DNA from: Candidatus Zhuqueibacterota bacterium
GTDB lineage: Bacteria > Zhuqueibacterota > Zhuqueibacteria > Zhuqueibacterales > Geothermadaptataceae
Assembly: GCA_030950365.1 (NCBI GenBank)
Contig: JAUZRQ010000072.1
Coordinates: 64,847 to 128,846 of the forward strand
DNA: 64,000 nt
Direction: 5' to 3'
This document shows, in pieces, positions 15,244-25,128 of the stretch (position 1 is its first letter; every line of letters begins with the position of its first letter). A program made the position numbers and the translations under genes. The notes under the pieces were generated by a model. The model did no database searches. It had not been told where the DNA came from and saw nothing but the letters and a program-made list of their open reading frames with translations.

Positions 15244-17799
15244 ATGCGAGCTTTAGAGGATCAAAAACACACGCAGGGAGAGGCCGCGCCCAATATAGTG
15301 AATGGGCCCGGGCATTCGAACCGAATCGCCAAGTATATCCAGAAAAACAGGGATGTTTACGAAAAGATCCTGAACTCGATTTCGCAAAATTTCTATTCGG
15401 TAACCATCCAGAAGGATCGGGTGTTGAGCCTGTCATTGAGTCGGCAATGCGAAGCGTTTTTGGGATACACGCAAGAAGAATTGGAACGCGAACCGCAATG
15501 GTGGCAACTGCTCTTATCACCGGAAGATGAAGACAAAATCCGGCAATACATTGACAGGAGCAAGAGTCAAAGTGCAGTACAACCGGTGGAGCATCGAATT
15601 CGTTGCCGGGATGGTCAAATCAGGATGGTGCGCAATATCATCGTCGTCACCCTCGATCCGCAGAACCAGCTCATCACCGTTGACGGGATTCTCATCGATG
15701 TGACCGAAAACCGGGCTTCTCAGGAAAAATTGCGCCTCAAAGACCGGCTCCTGATGGGAGTGGCCCGGGCCTCGCAATTGCTCATGAGCATTACTGATTT
15801 GAATGAGGCCGTCGGCAAAGCCCTTGCCGTTCTCGGTGATACCACCGACGTCGATCGGATTTACATTTTTGAGAACCGCCGCGCATCGGATACCGGCGAG
15901 CTGCTCGCCAGCCAGCGGTATGAATGGTCGAAAAATACGGTCGAACCGCAGATCGACAATCCCGAACTGCAAAATGCCTCGTACGAGGCCCTGGGCATGC
16001 AACGCTGGTACGAGGTGCTGTCGCGCGGCAATTCCATTCACGGGCCGATCCGCGAATTCCCCGAATCCGAGCGCGCGTTGCTGGAATCGCAGGGCATTCA
16101 GTCACTACTGGTGGTCCCCGTGTTTACCAGCCAGAAGCATTTCTGGGGCTTCATCGGTTTCGACGATTGCAGCACCGAGCGCATCTGGTCAGAGGCCGAA
16201 GAGTCGATCTTGAAGGCCATGGCCGCGACCCTGGGAGAGGCCATCGAGCGCAACCGGGCGATGGAGGCGATCATCGCGGAAAAAGAACGCCTGGCCGTCA
16301 CGCTCAAGAGCATCGGGGAGGGGGTGATTGCGACTGATATCGAAGGTAGAGTTCAGCTAATGAATCACGCAGCTGAACTGCTTTTGGAATGCTCGCAGAA
16401 CGATATGCGTGGCGAACGCATCTGTGATCTGTTTCACATCCGGGAACAGGGGCCGCACATGGCCCATATTGGCGATTTTGTCCGGTTTGCCCTGGAGAAA
16501 AAGCAGTCCTATTTATACACCAAGCCTCGGATGTTGGTCACCAAAACCGGCAAGGAAAAGCTGATAACGTTTTCCATCTCGCCAATTTTGGGGCTGGATA
16601 AGAAAATTTTGGGCACCATCCTGGTGTTTCGGGATATCACAGCCCAAAAATTCTATCAGGAAGAAATTCTGAAAGCGAACAAGTTGGAGTCCATTGGTAT
16701 CCTGGCTGGCGGCATTGCGCACGATTTTAACAACATTCTGGGTTCGATTTCCGGCAACATCTCGCTGGCCAAGCTCAGTCTGTCGCGGGATGACGAGGTA
16801 TATGCCTTGCTGACGGAAACCGAAGCGGCGCTGAAAAAAGCGCACGAGCTCACCCTGCAATTGCTCACCTTCGCCAAAGGGGGCAAGCCGGTGAAAAAAC
16901 TTTCCAATATCGAGGAGCTGATCCGGGAGTCGGCCGGATTTGTGTTGCGTGGCTCGAACATTAAATGCGAGTTCGAATTGGCCGGGAATCTGTACCCAGT
17001 GGAAGTGGATACGGGGCAGTTCCACCAGGTGATCCAGAACCTTCTCATCAATGCACAAGAAGCGATGCCCTCGGGCGGGATTGTGCACATCCGCGCGGAA
17101 AATTGTGAAATTCCGCGGGACCATTTCAGCGATCTCGAGCCGGGGCCGTACGTTCAAATTACGGTGAAAGACCATGGCATTGGCGTTCCGGAAGACCACC
17201 TCAGCAAAATATTCGATCCGTACTTCACCACCAAACAAAAGGGCAGCGGTCTAGGGCTGGCGATTTGCTATTCGATCATCCGGCAGCACGGTGGCTATAT
17301 CGGCGTGACCTCCGAGCTTGGAAAGGGCACTACCTTCCGGATTTACCTGCCGGCATCGAACAAGGAAAAACCCAAAGAAAAGAAGAAAGCCTCTGCAGGC
17401 ATCAAAAAAGGACACGGCCGCGTGCTGTTTTTAGACGATGAAAAGCTCATCCAAAATGTCGGCCAACGCATGCTTATGCGTATGGGATTCGACGTGGAAG
17501 TGGTCGAAACCGGCGAGCAGGCGGTGAATGCGTTCATTCGCGCGCTCGATAAAGGTCGCCCATTCGATCTGGTGATTCTCGATCTGACTATCCCGGGTGA
17601 GCAGGGCGGCAAAGACGTATTGCAGCTTCTCCGTCAGTATGATCCGAAAATTAAAGCAATTGTGATGAGTGGTTATTCTAACGATCTGGTTCTGTCCGAC
17701 TATCAGAAATATGGTTTCCAGGGCGTGCTGGAAAAGCCCTTCGACCTGAATCAGATGAATGAAGCGGTTTTTCAGGTGTTGCAGCCGGAGGCGGAGTAG
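15244..17799 (+). CDS. Hybrid sensor histidine kinase (PAS-GAF-PAS-HisKA-HATPase-receiver)
   Basis: H-box IAHDFNNILGSISG. N/G boxes QNLLINAQEAM and KDHGIGVPE...GSGLGLAI. C-terminal receiver VLFLDDE...DLVILDLTIPG...KPF. The ORF begins at a GTG at 15211, but the ATG at 15244 follows AAGGGA. Confidence 0.9.
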   Translation: MRALEDQKHTQGEAAPNIVNGPGHSNRIAKYIQKNRDVYEKILNSISQNFYSVTIQKDRVLSLSLSRQCEAFLGYTQEELEREPQWWQLLLSPEDEDKIRQYIDRSKSQSAVQPVEHRIRCRDGQIRMVRNIIVVTLDPQNQLITVDGILIDVTENRASQEKLRLKDRLLMGVARASQLLMSITDLNEAVGKALAVLGDTTDVDRIYIFENRRASDTGELLASQRYEWSKNTVEPQIDNPELQNASYEALGMQRWYEVLSRGNSIHGPIREFPESERALLESQGIQSLLVVPVFTSQKHFWGFIGFDDCSTERIWSEAEESILKAMAATLGEAIERNRAMEAIIAEKERLAVTLKSIGEGVIATDIEGRVQLMNHAAELLLECSQNDMRGERICDLFHIREQGPHMAHIGDFVRFALEKKQSYLYTKPRMLVTKTGKEKLITFSISPILGLDKKILGTILVFRDITAQKFYQEEILKANKLESIGILAGGIAHDFNNILGSISGNISLAKLSLSRDDEVYALLTETEAALKKAHELTLQLLTFAKGGKPVKKLSNIEELIRESAGFVLRGSNIKCEFELAGNLYPVEVDTGQFHQVIQNLLINAQEAMPSGGIVHIRAENCEIPRDHFSDLEPGPYVQITVKDHGIGVPEDHLSKIFDPYFTTKQKGSGLGLAICYSIIRQHGGYIGVTSELGKGTTFRIYLPASNKEKPKEKKKASAGIKKGHGRVLFLDDEKLIQNVGQRMLMRMGFDVEVVETGEQAVNAFIRALDKGRPFDLVILDLTIPGEQGGKDVLQLLRQYDPKIKAIVMSGYSNDLVLSDYQKYGFQGVLEKPFDLNQMNEAVFQVLQPEAE

Positions 17800-17832
17800 C
17801 TGTGGAGGCCCATTGCCGGAAAATATCATAAA

Positions 17833-17870
17833 AACAGCAGGCACTTTTAAAGTGCCTGCTGTTTGGTTTG
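17833..17870 (+). terminator. Intrinsic terminator after the kinase gene
   Basis: AACAGCAGGCACT-TTTAA-AGTGCCTGCTGTT followed by TGGTTTG. Confidence 0.7.
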
Positions 17871-18205
17871 CAAGCCTGAAATTGGAAGTTGCATTTCTGA
17901 AACAATCCCACCAGCCCCGTCAAAAAAAACTTGCATTTTTCGCGAAAAAATTGTAGTAGTTAGCGGTATTTGACTTACCTCCTATATTTGCCGCACATCA
18001 GGACGATCATCTGCGCCAGGAGGGAGAACAAAACCTCACTTCTCGCATCTCGCACTGCTTCATTTCATATCATCCCAATTCAACCGGTAAAAGCATAAGT
18101 CCAGGAAAGAACGGGTGCATACCCCAACGGGATATTACGCTCCCAATGGCCTGATCCCCGTTTCAAGGCTTAACTGTAGGTGAACATTCCAGGAAGGGAC
18201 CAAGG

Positions 18206-19456
18206 ATGGAACGGAGTCGATGTAAGCTTCGTGAAACGAAGCTATCTCTAAACGTGCGTTTGCAAACACTGGAAAAGCTGCATCGTCTGGGGGAATTTGG
18301 CAAATGTCGACCAAACCAAATCCTCTTTCAAAAAAATGAACCCGCCAAATACCTGTATGTGATCCTCGATGGTGATGTGATTCTTGACTATGGCAATGGT
18401 GACGACCGGAGCCTGTGGATCGGTGCAGGCGATTTTGTTGGCGAAATTGGCTTCATCCTCGGCCGGCATCGTCTGGCCACGGCCCGTTCGGGACCGGATG
18501 GCTGCACCGTATGGCGGCTCCATCGCAAGCAGCTCTTCCAGCATCGCAATCAAACCCAGAGCGTTTTGTTGGCCCTGCTGCTGGTTTCGCTCTCGCCGCA
18601 TATCCAATCGCGCATGGCGATCCTGCACGATCCCGAGCCGGATCCGGTGGATTTGCTGGAAAATCATTGCGATACCGGGCATCCTTCGGTGCAGCAAATG
18701 GCCAGCATGCTGGACACCGGCGATCCGTGGGATACCGCCATCATGATCTGGCGTTTCATTCAGACCATGCCCTACCGCTTCGGTTACTGGGATATGAAGG
18801 CCTCGGACGTGCTGCGCATGGGATACGGTATGTGCACCACCAAAGCCAATTTGCATGTGGCTTTGCTGCGAGCGGTGGGCATCGAAAGCGGCTTTGCCGA
18901 ACTCAAAGTCCCCTCAGATTTCGTGGCCACGCTGCTGCCCAGAGGCTATCGCAACCGCGTGGGCACATACATCAAACATTATTTTGCCGTGGCCAAACTG
19001 AATGGCAAGTGGTATCCCTGCGATGCGTCGTTCAGTAAGGAGTCGCTGGGCGTGATGGCGCGCGAGATTCCGGAAGTGGCCGACTGCCTCAACCGGACGA
19101 TGAAACGGGGCGAGCCGTTCAATATGGTCGGCGAATACATCGGCCTGAGCCCGTTCGATTTCAAATTACTCCCGGACTTGCAACCGATCCTGTTCAAGAA
19201 ACCGTTTTACGGCAAGCACAACCTCGATGCCATGAACATTCTGCTGGATCAGGCCCAGGGGCCGATTTTCAACTATCCGGCCTGGGTGAAGGTTGTGCGC
19301 AAAATTTTGCGAACGCATCCGGCGGCCGCGTTTCAAAAGGCCTATGCCGGTATTTTTTCCGATGTCTATCGACTCTACGTGGCTTTGCAAAAAAGTTTGC
19401 AACCAACACCAGTGACCCCACCCGATTTTGCGAAGCAGGAGGTTGAAAAAGAATGA
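18206..19456 (+). CDS. Cyclic-nucleotide-binding domain fused to transglutaminase-like cysteine-protease core
   Basis: cNMP-binding pattern FQKNEPAKYLYVILDGDVIL...GAGDFVGEIGFILGRHRLATARS. Transglutaminase-core Cys in GYGMCTTKANLHVALLRAVGI, and His/Asp in KHYFAVAKLNGKWYPCDASF. Confidence 0.75.
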   Translation: MERSRCKLRETKLSLNVRLQTLEKLHRLGEFGKCRPNQILFQKNEPAKYLYVILDGDVILDYGNGDDRSLWIGAGDFVGEIGFILGRHRLATARSGPDGCTVWRLHRKQLFQHRNQTQSVLLALLLVSLSPHIQSRMAILHDPEPDPVDLLENHCDTGHPSVQQMASMLDTGDPWDTAIMIWRFIQTMPYRFGYWDMKASDVLRMGYGMCTTKANLHVALLRAVGIESGFAELKVPSDFVATLLPRGYRNRVGTYIKHYFAVAKLNGKWYPCDASFSKESLGVMAREIPEVADCLNRTMKRGEPFNMVGEYIGLSPFDFKLLPDLQPILFKKPFYGKHNLDAMNILLDQAQGPIFNYPAWVKVVRKILRTHPAAAFQKAYAGIFSDVYRLYVALQKSLQPTPVTPPDFAKQEVEKE

Positions 19457-20700
19457 ACGATTGGGATTTCAGCCCGCCGCCGCCATCGGACATGGGCGAC
19501 CACGATGTGCCGCAGGAAGGCGAGCATTTGCAAGGCAAGCGCATCGCGCTGTTGATCACCGGCGGCATTGCGGCCATGAAAGCGCCGCTGCTGGCTCGGG
19601 CCCTGCGCCGCCAGGGCGCGGATGTGGTCGCGTTCGTGTCGCAGGAAGCGCTACGCTACACCACCATCGACACCCTGGAGTGGAGTACGGTCAATCCGGT
19701 GATCACTCGTCTCACCTCGGCCGCGGAGCACCTTAGCGACTCGGCGCCGTTCGATGCGTATGTGGTGGCGCCGGCGACGTACAACACCATCAATAAAATC
19801 CGCTACGGCATCGCCGATGGCGTGGTCACCTCATCCATTGCCTCGGCCATCGGCAGGATGGAACAGGGCAAAACCAAAATTCTCATTGTGCCCACCATGC
19901 ACGGCTCCCTACACAATTCCATTCTCACCGAATCGCTGAAATTTCTCGCCGGCATGGGCATCCGCATAGTGCCGCCGCGTGAGGATTACGGCAAACACAA
20001 CATCCCTTCGGAGCGGGCGATAGTGGCCGAAGTGTGCCGTGAGGTGAGCCGGTCGCCGTTGAAGGGCGTGCCGATTCTGATCACCGGTGGTCCGACGCCG
20101 GTGCCCATCGACAATGTGCGGCGCATCACCAACCGCTTCCGCGGGCGCCTTGGGGTGCAGATCACCGAGGAACTTTACCTGCGCGGCGCCGATGTGCTGC
20201 TGATTCACGGAGACGGCGCCTACCGGCCGCGCGAGCATTTGCCGTATGTGATCGCGCGCACGTTTGATGAGTATTACGACAAAGTGATGCAGACCCTGCA
20301 GGAAAAGCCGTACCGTGTCGGCGTGTTTTCGGCGGCGGTGGCCGATTACCGGCCGGAAACGGTGGCCGAGGGCAAGCTGCCCAGCGGTGGGTCCATCCAG
20401 GCGATTCCGCTCAAACCTACGGTGAAGGTCATCGAGAAAGTGCGCGAACGGTATCCGGATTTGTACATGGTCACGTTCAAGTATCAGGAGCGCATTTCGC
20501 ACGAGGAGCTGATGCGGGTGGCGAAGGAACGGCTGGAAAAGTACGATGTGGTGGTGGCCAACCGCGGCGAAGAAGTGGGCCCGAATGGCGAGCAAATTGC
20601 GCATTTATTGACGCGGAACCAGGAGCCGCAACAGGCCATGGGCAAAAAGGCCATCGCCCGGCTCATCGCCGATCATCTGGAATCGGTGGTCGGCGGTTAG
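19453..20700 (+). CDS. coaBC: Bifunctional phosphopantothenoylcysteine decarboxylase / phosphopantothenate-cysteine ligase
   Basis: Flavoprotein half GKRIALLITGGIAAMKAPLLARAL...VVAPATYNTINKIRYGIADG. Ligase half ILITGGPT...ITNRFRG...AAVADYRP. The ATG overlaps the upstream stop (ATGA). Confidence 0.9.
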   Translation: MNDWDFSPPPPSDMGDHDVPQEGEHLQGKRIALLITGGIAAMKAPLLARALRRQGADVVAFVSQEALRYTTIDTLEWSTVNPVITRLTSAAEHLSDSAPFDAYVVAPATYNTINKIRYGIADGVVTSSIASAIGRMEQGKTKILIVPTMHGSLHNSILTESLKFLAGMGIRIVPPREDYGKHNIPSERAIVAEVCREVSRSPLKGVPILITGGPTPVPIDNVRRITNRFRGRLGVQITEELYLRGADVLLIHGDGAYRPREHLPYVIARTFDEYYDKVMQTLQEKPYRVGVFSAAVADYRPETVAEGKLPSGGSIQAIPLKPTVKVIEKVRERYPDLYMVTFKYQERISHEELMRVAKERLEKYDVVVANRGEEVGPNGEQIAHLLTRNQEPQQAMGKKAIARLIADHLESVVGG

Positions 20701-21005
20701 ATGGATCACAGTGACGATTTCACCGGCCATTGCCGGTTTCGGCCGCGCAATGGTCTTTTGCATTTTATGGGATGGGGGATTGGTTCTCTCGCAGAGGCGC
20801 GGAGTTCGCTGAGAAACATCCCACGCTGGCGGGAATACAGGAATGATCCAACACCGTCTGCGCCGGTGTTTTCTGTGCAGAGCGGTGAAACGAGAATGAA
20901 GTATCCCCGCCCCCCTTGAGGGGCGGGGATGATCCCGAAAAGGTGCTAATACCACCCGCCAATGAGGGGCAGAGGTCATGGAGTTTCCCTGGCTCAATCC
21001 GCACA

Positions 21006-21314
21006 TCACGCCTTTTCTTCCACAAAGCACAGCCGGTACAATCCTACCCACACTTCATCGCCGTCGAACAGCACCACAGGCCGGTGGATGCTCTTGTCCT
21101 TAATGATCACTGGATTGGTCTGGCTAAGATTGTGCAGCACCCAGCACCGGCGGCGTTCATCGTACTGCAGCATGGCATGCTCGCGGGAAACCGTACGGTC
21201 GGGCAAGACCAGGGTGTTTTCCGGCCGGCGACCGATGCGGAAGGGACTCTCATCCTGCGTCAGCTCAACATCCTTGAGATGCTGATTCTGAAAATAAATG
21301 CGGAATTTGGCCAT
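21006..21314 (-). CDS. FHA domain protein (stand-alone, 102 aa)
   Basis: FRIGRRPENTLVLPDRTVSREHAMLQY...WVLHNLSQTNPVIIKD fits the FHA signature (G-R...S-x-x-H...N). Confidence 0.8.
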   Translation of the reverse strand: MAKFRIYFQNQHLKDVELTQDESPFRIGRRPENTLVLPDRTVSREHAMLQYDERRRCWVLHNLSQTNPVIIKDKSIHRPVVLFDGDEVWVGLYRLCFVEEKA

Positions 21315-21379
21315 AGAGCCATCGACCCTGCGTGATGTTGCGGCTAAGCTCCAGGTGATTGTTTGTTTTGGTCAAACGG

Positions 21380-23101
21380 TTATTCGCGCACCATGTTGGT
21401 GAAGTGGTTGGTGATCGGCATGCGCCAGTCGCGGCCAAACGCTTTCGGCGTGATGCGAATGCCCGGCGGCGCCTGCCGGCGTTTGTATTCGTTGCGATCC
21501 ACCAGCCGCGCCACTTCCTTCACCGTCGGCTCGTCGAAGCCCATGGCAATGATGTCGTTGATGCTGCGGTCGCGTTCCACATATTCGGCCAGAATCCGGT
21601 CTAAAATGGCATACGGTGGCAGGCTGTCCTCGTCTTTCTGATCCGGCCGCAGCTCGGCGGAGGGCGGCTTTTCCAGTACCCGCTGCGGAATGATTTCGCG
21701 CTCTCGATTGACGAACTCGGCGAGCTGATACACCTTGGTCTTGAGTACGTCTTTGAGCACCGCAAACCCACCGGCCATGTCGCCATACAGCGTGCAGTAA
21801 CCGACGCTGGTTTCGCTCTTGTTGCCGGTGGTCAGTACCAGCCAGTCGAATTTGTTCGACAGCGCCATCAGGATGTTGCCGCGGGCGCGCGCCTGCAGGT
21901 TCTCCTCAGTGATGTCGCGCTCGCGTCCTTCGAATACCGGCGCCAGCTCTTTTTCGTACTGCTGTACGATGGCTTCGATGGAAAGGGTGTACGTGCGGAT
22001 GCCGAGATTGTGCGCCAGTCGCTCGGCGTCTTCCAGACTGGCCCGGGAGGTGAAGCGGCTGGGCATGAGCACGCCGATGACATTTTCCTTGCCCAGGGCG
22101 CTGACGGCGATGGCCGCGGTCAGCGACGAATCGATGCCGCCGCTCAGGCCGATGACCACTTTGCGGAAGCCGTTTTTCTGCACGTAATCGCGGGTGCCGA
22201 GCACCAGCGCGGCGTAGATTTCCGACAGCTCCTCCGGCGCCGGCTGGATTTTCGGCGGCATGGGCGAGCCCGCCGGACTACGGAGATCACCGGCGTCCGC
22301 TTCTTCCAGTTGATATTCGTGATGGAAATAAATCTGTTTTTCGGTGCGGTGGTTGGCCTGCAGGTCGATGTCGGCAACCAGCAGGTGCTCTTCGAACAGC
22401 GGTCCGCGTGCCAGTAGCTCGCCTTCAGGACTGTAAACGAAACTGCCGCCGTCGAATACCAGCTCATCCTGCCCGCCGACCATGTTGACGTAGGCCACAT
22501 GCGCGCCGCAGTTGCGCGCCCGGCTGGTGAGCATTTCCTCCCGCTCGCGGCGGCGATTGGCGTGATAGGGAGAAGCAGAGATGTTGCAAATCAGCGAGGC
22601 GTTGCCGACGATGGCCTGGTATTCGGCCACCCCATTCGGTACCCAGATGTCCTCGCACACGTTGATGCCGATGCGGATATCGTTGACCTTGATCAGCAGG
22701 GGGCGAGTACCGGACTGAAAATAGCGCTTTTCATCAAACACGCCATAGTTGGGGAGCCAGATTTTATGGTGAATACCGATGATGCGCCCGCGGCGCAGCA
22801 CCGCTGCTGCATTGTACACGCCACCCCGCCCGTTGGCAAATCCCACCACAGCGATGATCTCCTGCACCCGTGAGGACAGCATGAGCAGATAACGCTGACT
22901 CTCGGCGATGAACGCCGGCCGCAGCAGCAGATCTTCCGGTGGATAGCCACACAGCGCCAGTTCTGGGAACAGGATCAGTTGCGCGCCCGCCTTTTCTGCC
23001 CGCTGGATATACTCCAGAATTTTGTCGGAATTGTACCGAAAATCCCCAACAATGGGATTGATTTGCGCCAGAGCGATGCGAAGTCGATGTGTCTGGTTCA
23101 T
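21380..23101 (-). CDS. nadE: Glutamine-dependent NAD+ synthetase
   Basis: N-terminal CN-hydrolase domain (IALAQINPIVGDF...LILFPELALCGYPPEDL...NVCEDIW) plus the C-terminal synthetase SGGIDSS P-loop. 573 aa. Confidence 0.9.
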   Translation of the reverse strand: MNQTHRLRIALAQINPIVGDFRYNSDKILEYIQRAEKAGAQLILFPELALCGYPPEDLLLRPAFIAESQRYLLMLSSRVQEIIAVVGFANGRGGVYNAAAVLRRGRIIGIHHKIWLPNYGVFDEKRYFQSGTRPLLIKVNDIRIGINVCEDIWVPNGVAEYQAIVGNASLICNISASPYHANRRREREEMLTSRARNCGAHVAYVNMVGGQDELVFDGGSFVYSPEGELLARGPLFEEHLLVADIDLQANHRTEKQIYFHHEYQLEEADAGDLRSPAGSPMPPKIQPAPEELSEIYAALVLGTRDYVQKNGFRKVVIGLSGGIDSSLTAAIAVSALGKENVIGVLMPSRFTSRASLEDAERLAHNLGIRTYTLSIEAIVQQYEKELAPVFEGRERDITEENLQARARGNILMALSNKFDWLVLTTGNKSETSVGYCTLYGDMAGGFAVLKDVLKTKVYQLAEFVNREREIIPQRVLEKPPSAELRPDQKDEDSLPPYAILDRILAEYVERDRSINDIIAMGFDEPTVKEVARLVDRNEYKRRQAPPGIRITPKAFGRDWRMPITNHFTNMVRE

Positions 23102-23116
23102 GGTAGTAACAGACCG

Positions 23117-24655
23117 TTAATGCGTTGTCGATCGCAAGTACAGCCGGGTGATACGATCGCAAATTTCGTCCTGGATTTCGCGGTAGATGCGCGCCGAATC
23201 CAGAAAATGGGACATCATGATGGAGAATGCCAGTACCTCGCCGTCCAGCGACTGCGTGTAACCGCTGAGAGTGGTCACACCACTCAAGGAGCCTGTTTTG
23301 GCATGTACCACACGGTAAGCAGCGGTACGTTTCATACGCGAGCGCAGCGTACCATCCACCCCGGCAATGGGAAGCGAGGCGATGAATTGCGATCGCAGCG
23401 AGAAATCACGGTACATGTGCGTCAGCAGGCCTGTCAGCAGTGCAGGGGAGACCAGATTGTACCGCGAAACGCCAGAGCCGTCGGTGAAGCGGCAGGCGGT
23501 GGTGTCCAGCCCCCAACCGCTGAGCATGGTCTTGATCGCCTGAATGCCTTTGTCAGCCGTTCCGGGTGGGCCCAGCACCTTTGCGCCGACCACTTTGAGC
23601 AAAAGTTCTGCCGACAGGTTGTCGCTCGGTTTGTTGGTGTTGATGACCAGATTCAACAGTGGTTCGGAAATGTGTTTGGCCAGCACTCGCAATGTGTCTG
23701 GCGCCGCTCCCCGGCGCACCTCGCCCGCAACGCTTATGCCGTAGCGTTCGCACACCTCGCGGAATACATGCCCGAAATACAGCGATGGATGGACAATGTT
23801 GATCCATTCCGTAATTTCCGTGCCGTCGTTGGGAAGCATGCCTTCGATGCGGATGATGTTTTCGCGCGTCTGCCAGTTGCGCTCGACCGTGACCGGTCGA
23901 TAGTCGAAGCCCATATCGGTACGCATCATGGATAAGGTAATGGTACGACTGTTGTTCACAATTTTAACGTACGATGTTTTGGGCACCCACCAAACGTTTA
24001 ATGGTTGATTAGCCGTGTCTCCGGAAGCGACGTGGACTTCAATACAGTTGTTGTGCAATGTTAACGCCCCAATGGGGGCGAAATCTGCGGACGAACCTTC
24101 GTCCCACATCCAGCCGTTGCCGTACCATAGTGTATCTAGCAGGGTATCGTCGCAAACGATATCACCTTCAATATAGCGCACACCGCGCGCATACATCTGT
24201 TCCACCAGATAGGCCAGATCGCCGAATGAAAAGTCGGGATTGCCCGAACCGATGAGGTAAAGATCGCCTTTCAAGGTATCGGCAATCACTTGACCGGTGC
24301 CCGACGCCACCCGGGTCACAAACCGGTAATTCGGTCCAAGATGCACCAGCGCCGCCGCTGTGGTAAACAGTTTCATGTTGGATGCGGGATGGAACAGTTT
24401 GGTGGCATTATGCGCAAACAAAATACGGCCGTCGCGAATGCGCACCACTTGTACGCCAACATTAGTGGTGCGAAAGCGCGGATCGGCAAGCAGTGTATCG
24501 ATGCTGCTGGCTAGGGTCGCGAGGCTGGTGATGGCCGATGGTGGTGGGGAGGGCGGTCCGGCCACTTTCCGCGAGGCCGCGCACTGATTAAAACTAAGAG
24601 CTAGCAAGCTGAGAATCGCAACGTGCTGCAAGCGCTGTCCAAACATTGATCTCAT
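23117..24655 (-). CDS. dacB: D-alanyl-D-alanine carboxypeptidase/endopeptidase (PBP4, peptidase S13)
   Basis: Signal peptide. SxxK as PASNMK. KTG as HAKTGSLSGV. Overall S13 layout, 512 aa. Confidence 0.85.
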   Translation of the reverse strand: MRSMFGQRLQHVAILSLLALSFNQCAASRKVAGPPSPPPSAITSLATLASSIDTLLADPRFRTTNVGVQVVRIRDGRILFAHNATKLFHPASNMKLFTTAAALVHLGPNYRFVTRVASGTGQVIADTLKGDLYLIGSGNPDFSFGDLAYLVEQMYARGVRYIEGDIVCDDTLLDTLWYGNGWMWDEGSSADFAPIGALTLHNNCIEVHVASGDTANQPLNVWWVPKTSYVKIVNNSRTITLSMMRTDMGFDYRPVTVERNWQTRENIIRIEGMLPNDGTEITEWINIVHPSLYFGHVFREVCERYGISVAGEVRRGAAPDTLRVLAKHISEPLLNLVINTNKPSDNLSAELLLKVVGAKVLGPPGTADKGIQAIKTMLSGWGLDTTACRFTDGSGVSRYNLVSPALLTGLLTHMYRDFSLRSQFIASLPIAGVDGTLRSRMKRTAAYRVVHAKTGSLSGVTTLSGYTQSLDGEVLAFSIMMSHFLDSARIYREIQDEICDRITRLYLRSTTH

Positions 24656-25128
24656 CTTCCGTATCGCTTCTGGTTCAAGGTTCCACAGTCATTTGCCTTT
24701 TTCGCCGTCCTGGATGTTTCTAAATCGTTCCATGTTTAATCGATAATGTAATAAAATTTCGGCGCGGATCAAAGCGCAGGATACGAATCTTGATAAAATT
24801 TCATTTCATCGCCTTGTGTGGTAAAGATGATAGACACATCAAGAAAGATGCTTTCCAGCGAAAAGAAAGTTGTAAATCGCAAACAGATTGCGCGAGCCCT
24901 GAACAGGCCATTTCGGCAAATCCCATCATTGTCAATGGCATCCCGAGCACGTGGAGAATCGAGCTATAGCTGGTCTTGCCTTGCACCAGACACTTTCAAT
25001 ACATGATTTTACTTTCCTTTTACCTCGATTTTGCAGACTCTTTATTTGCTTTTTGATGCGCCAGGGCTTATGTTTTAAGCAATGCATGAGGGCCTTGTGT
25101 CCCGTACCTTGCAAATAGGCGATCCACC

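Noticed and set aside
20903-20930. GC-rich 10-bp hairpin ATCCCCGCCC...GGGCGGGGAT between convergent coaBC and the FHA gene, as a possible intrinsic terminator.
   Set aside because: There is no U-tract on either strand, so it does not meet the intrinsic-terminator pattern. It may still act as a transcript-stabilising or bidirectional stop structure, so this rejection is soft.
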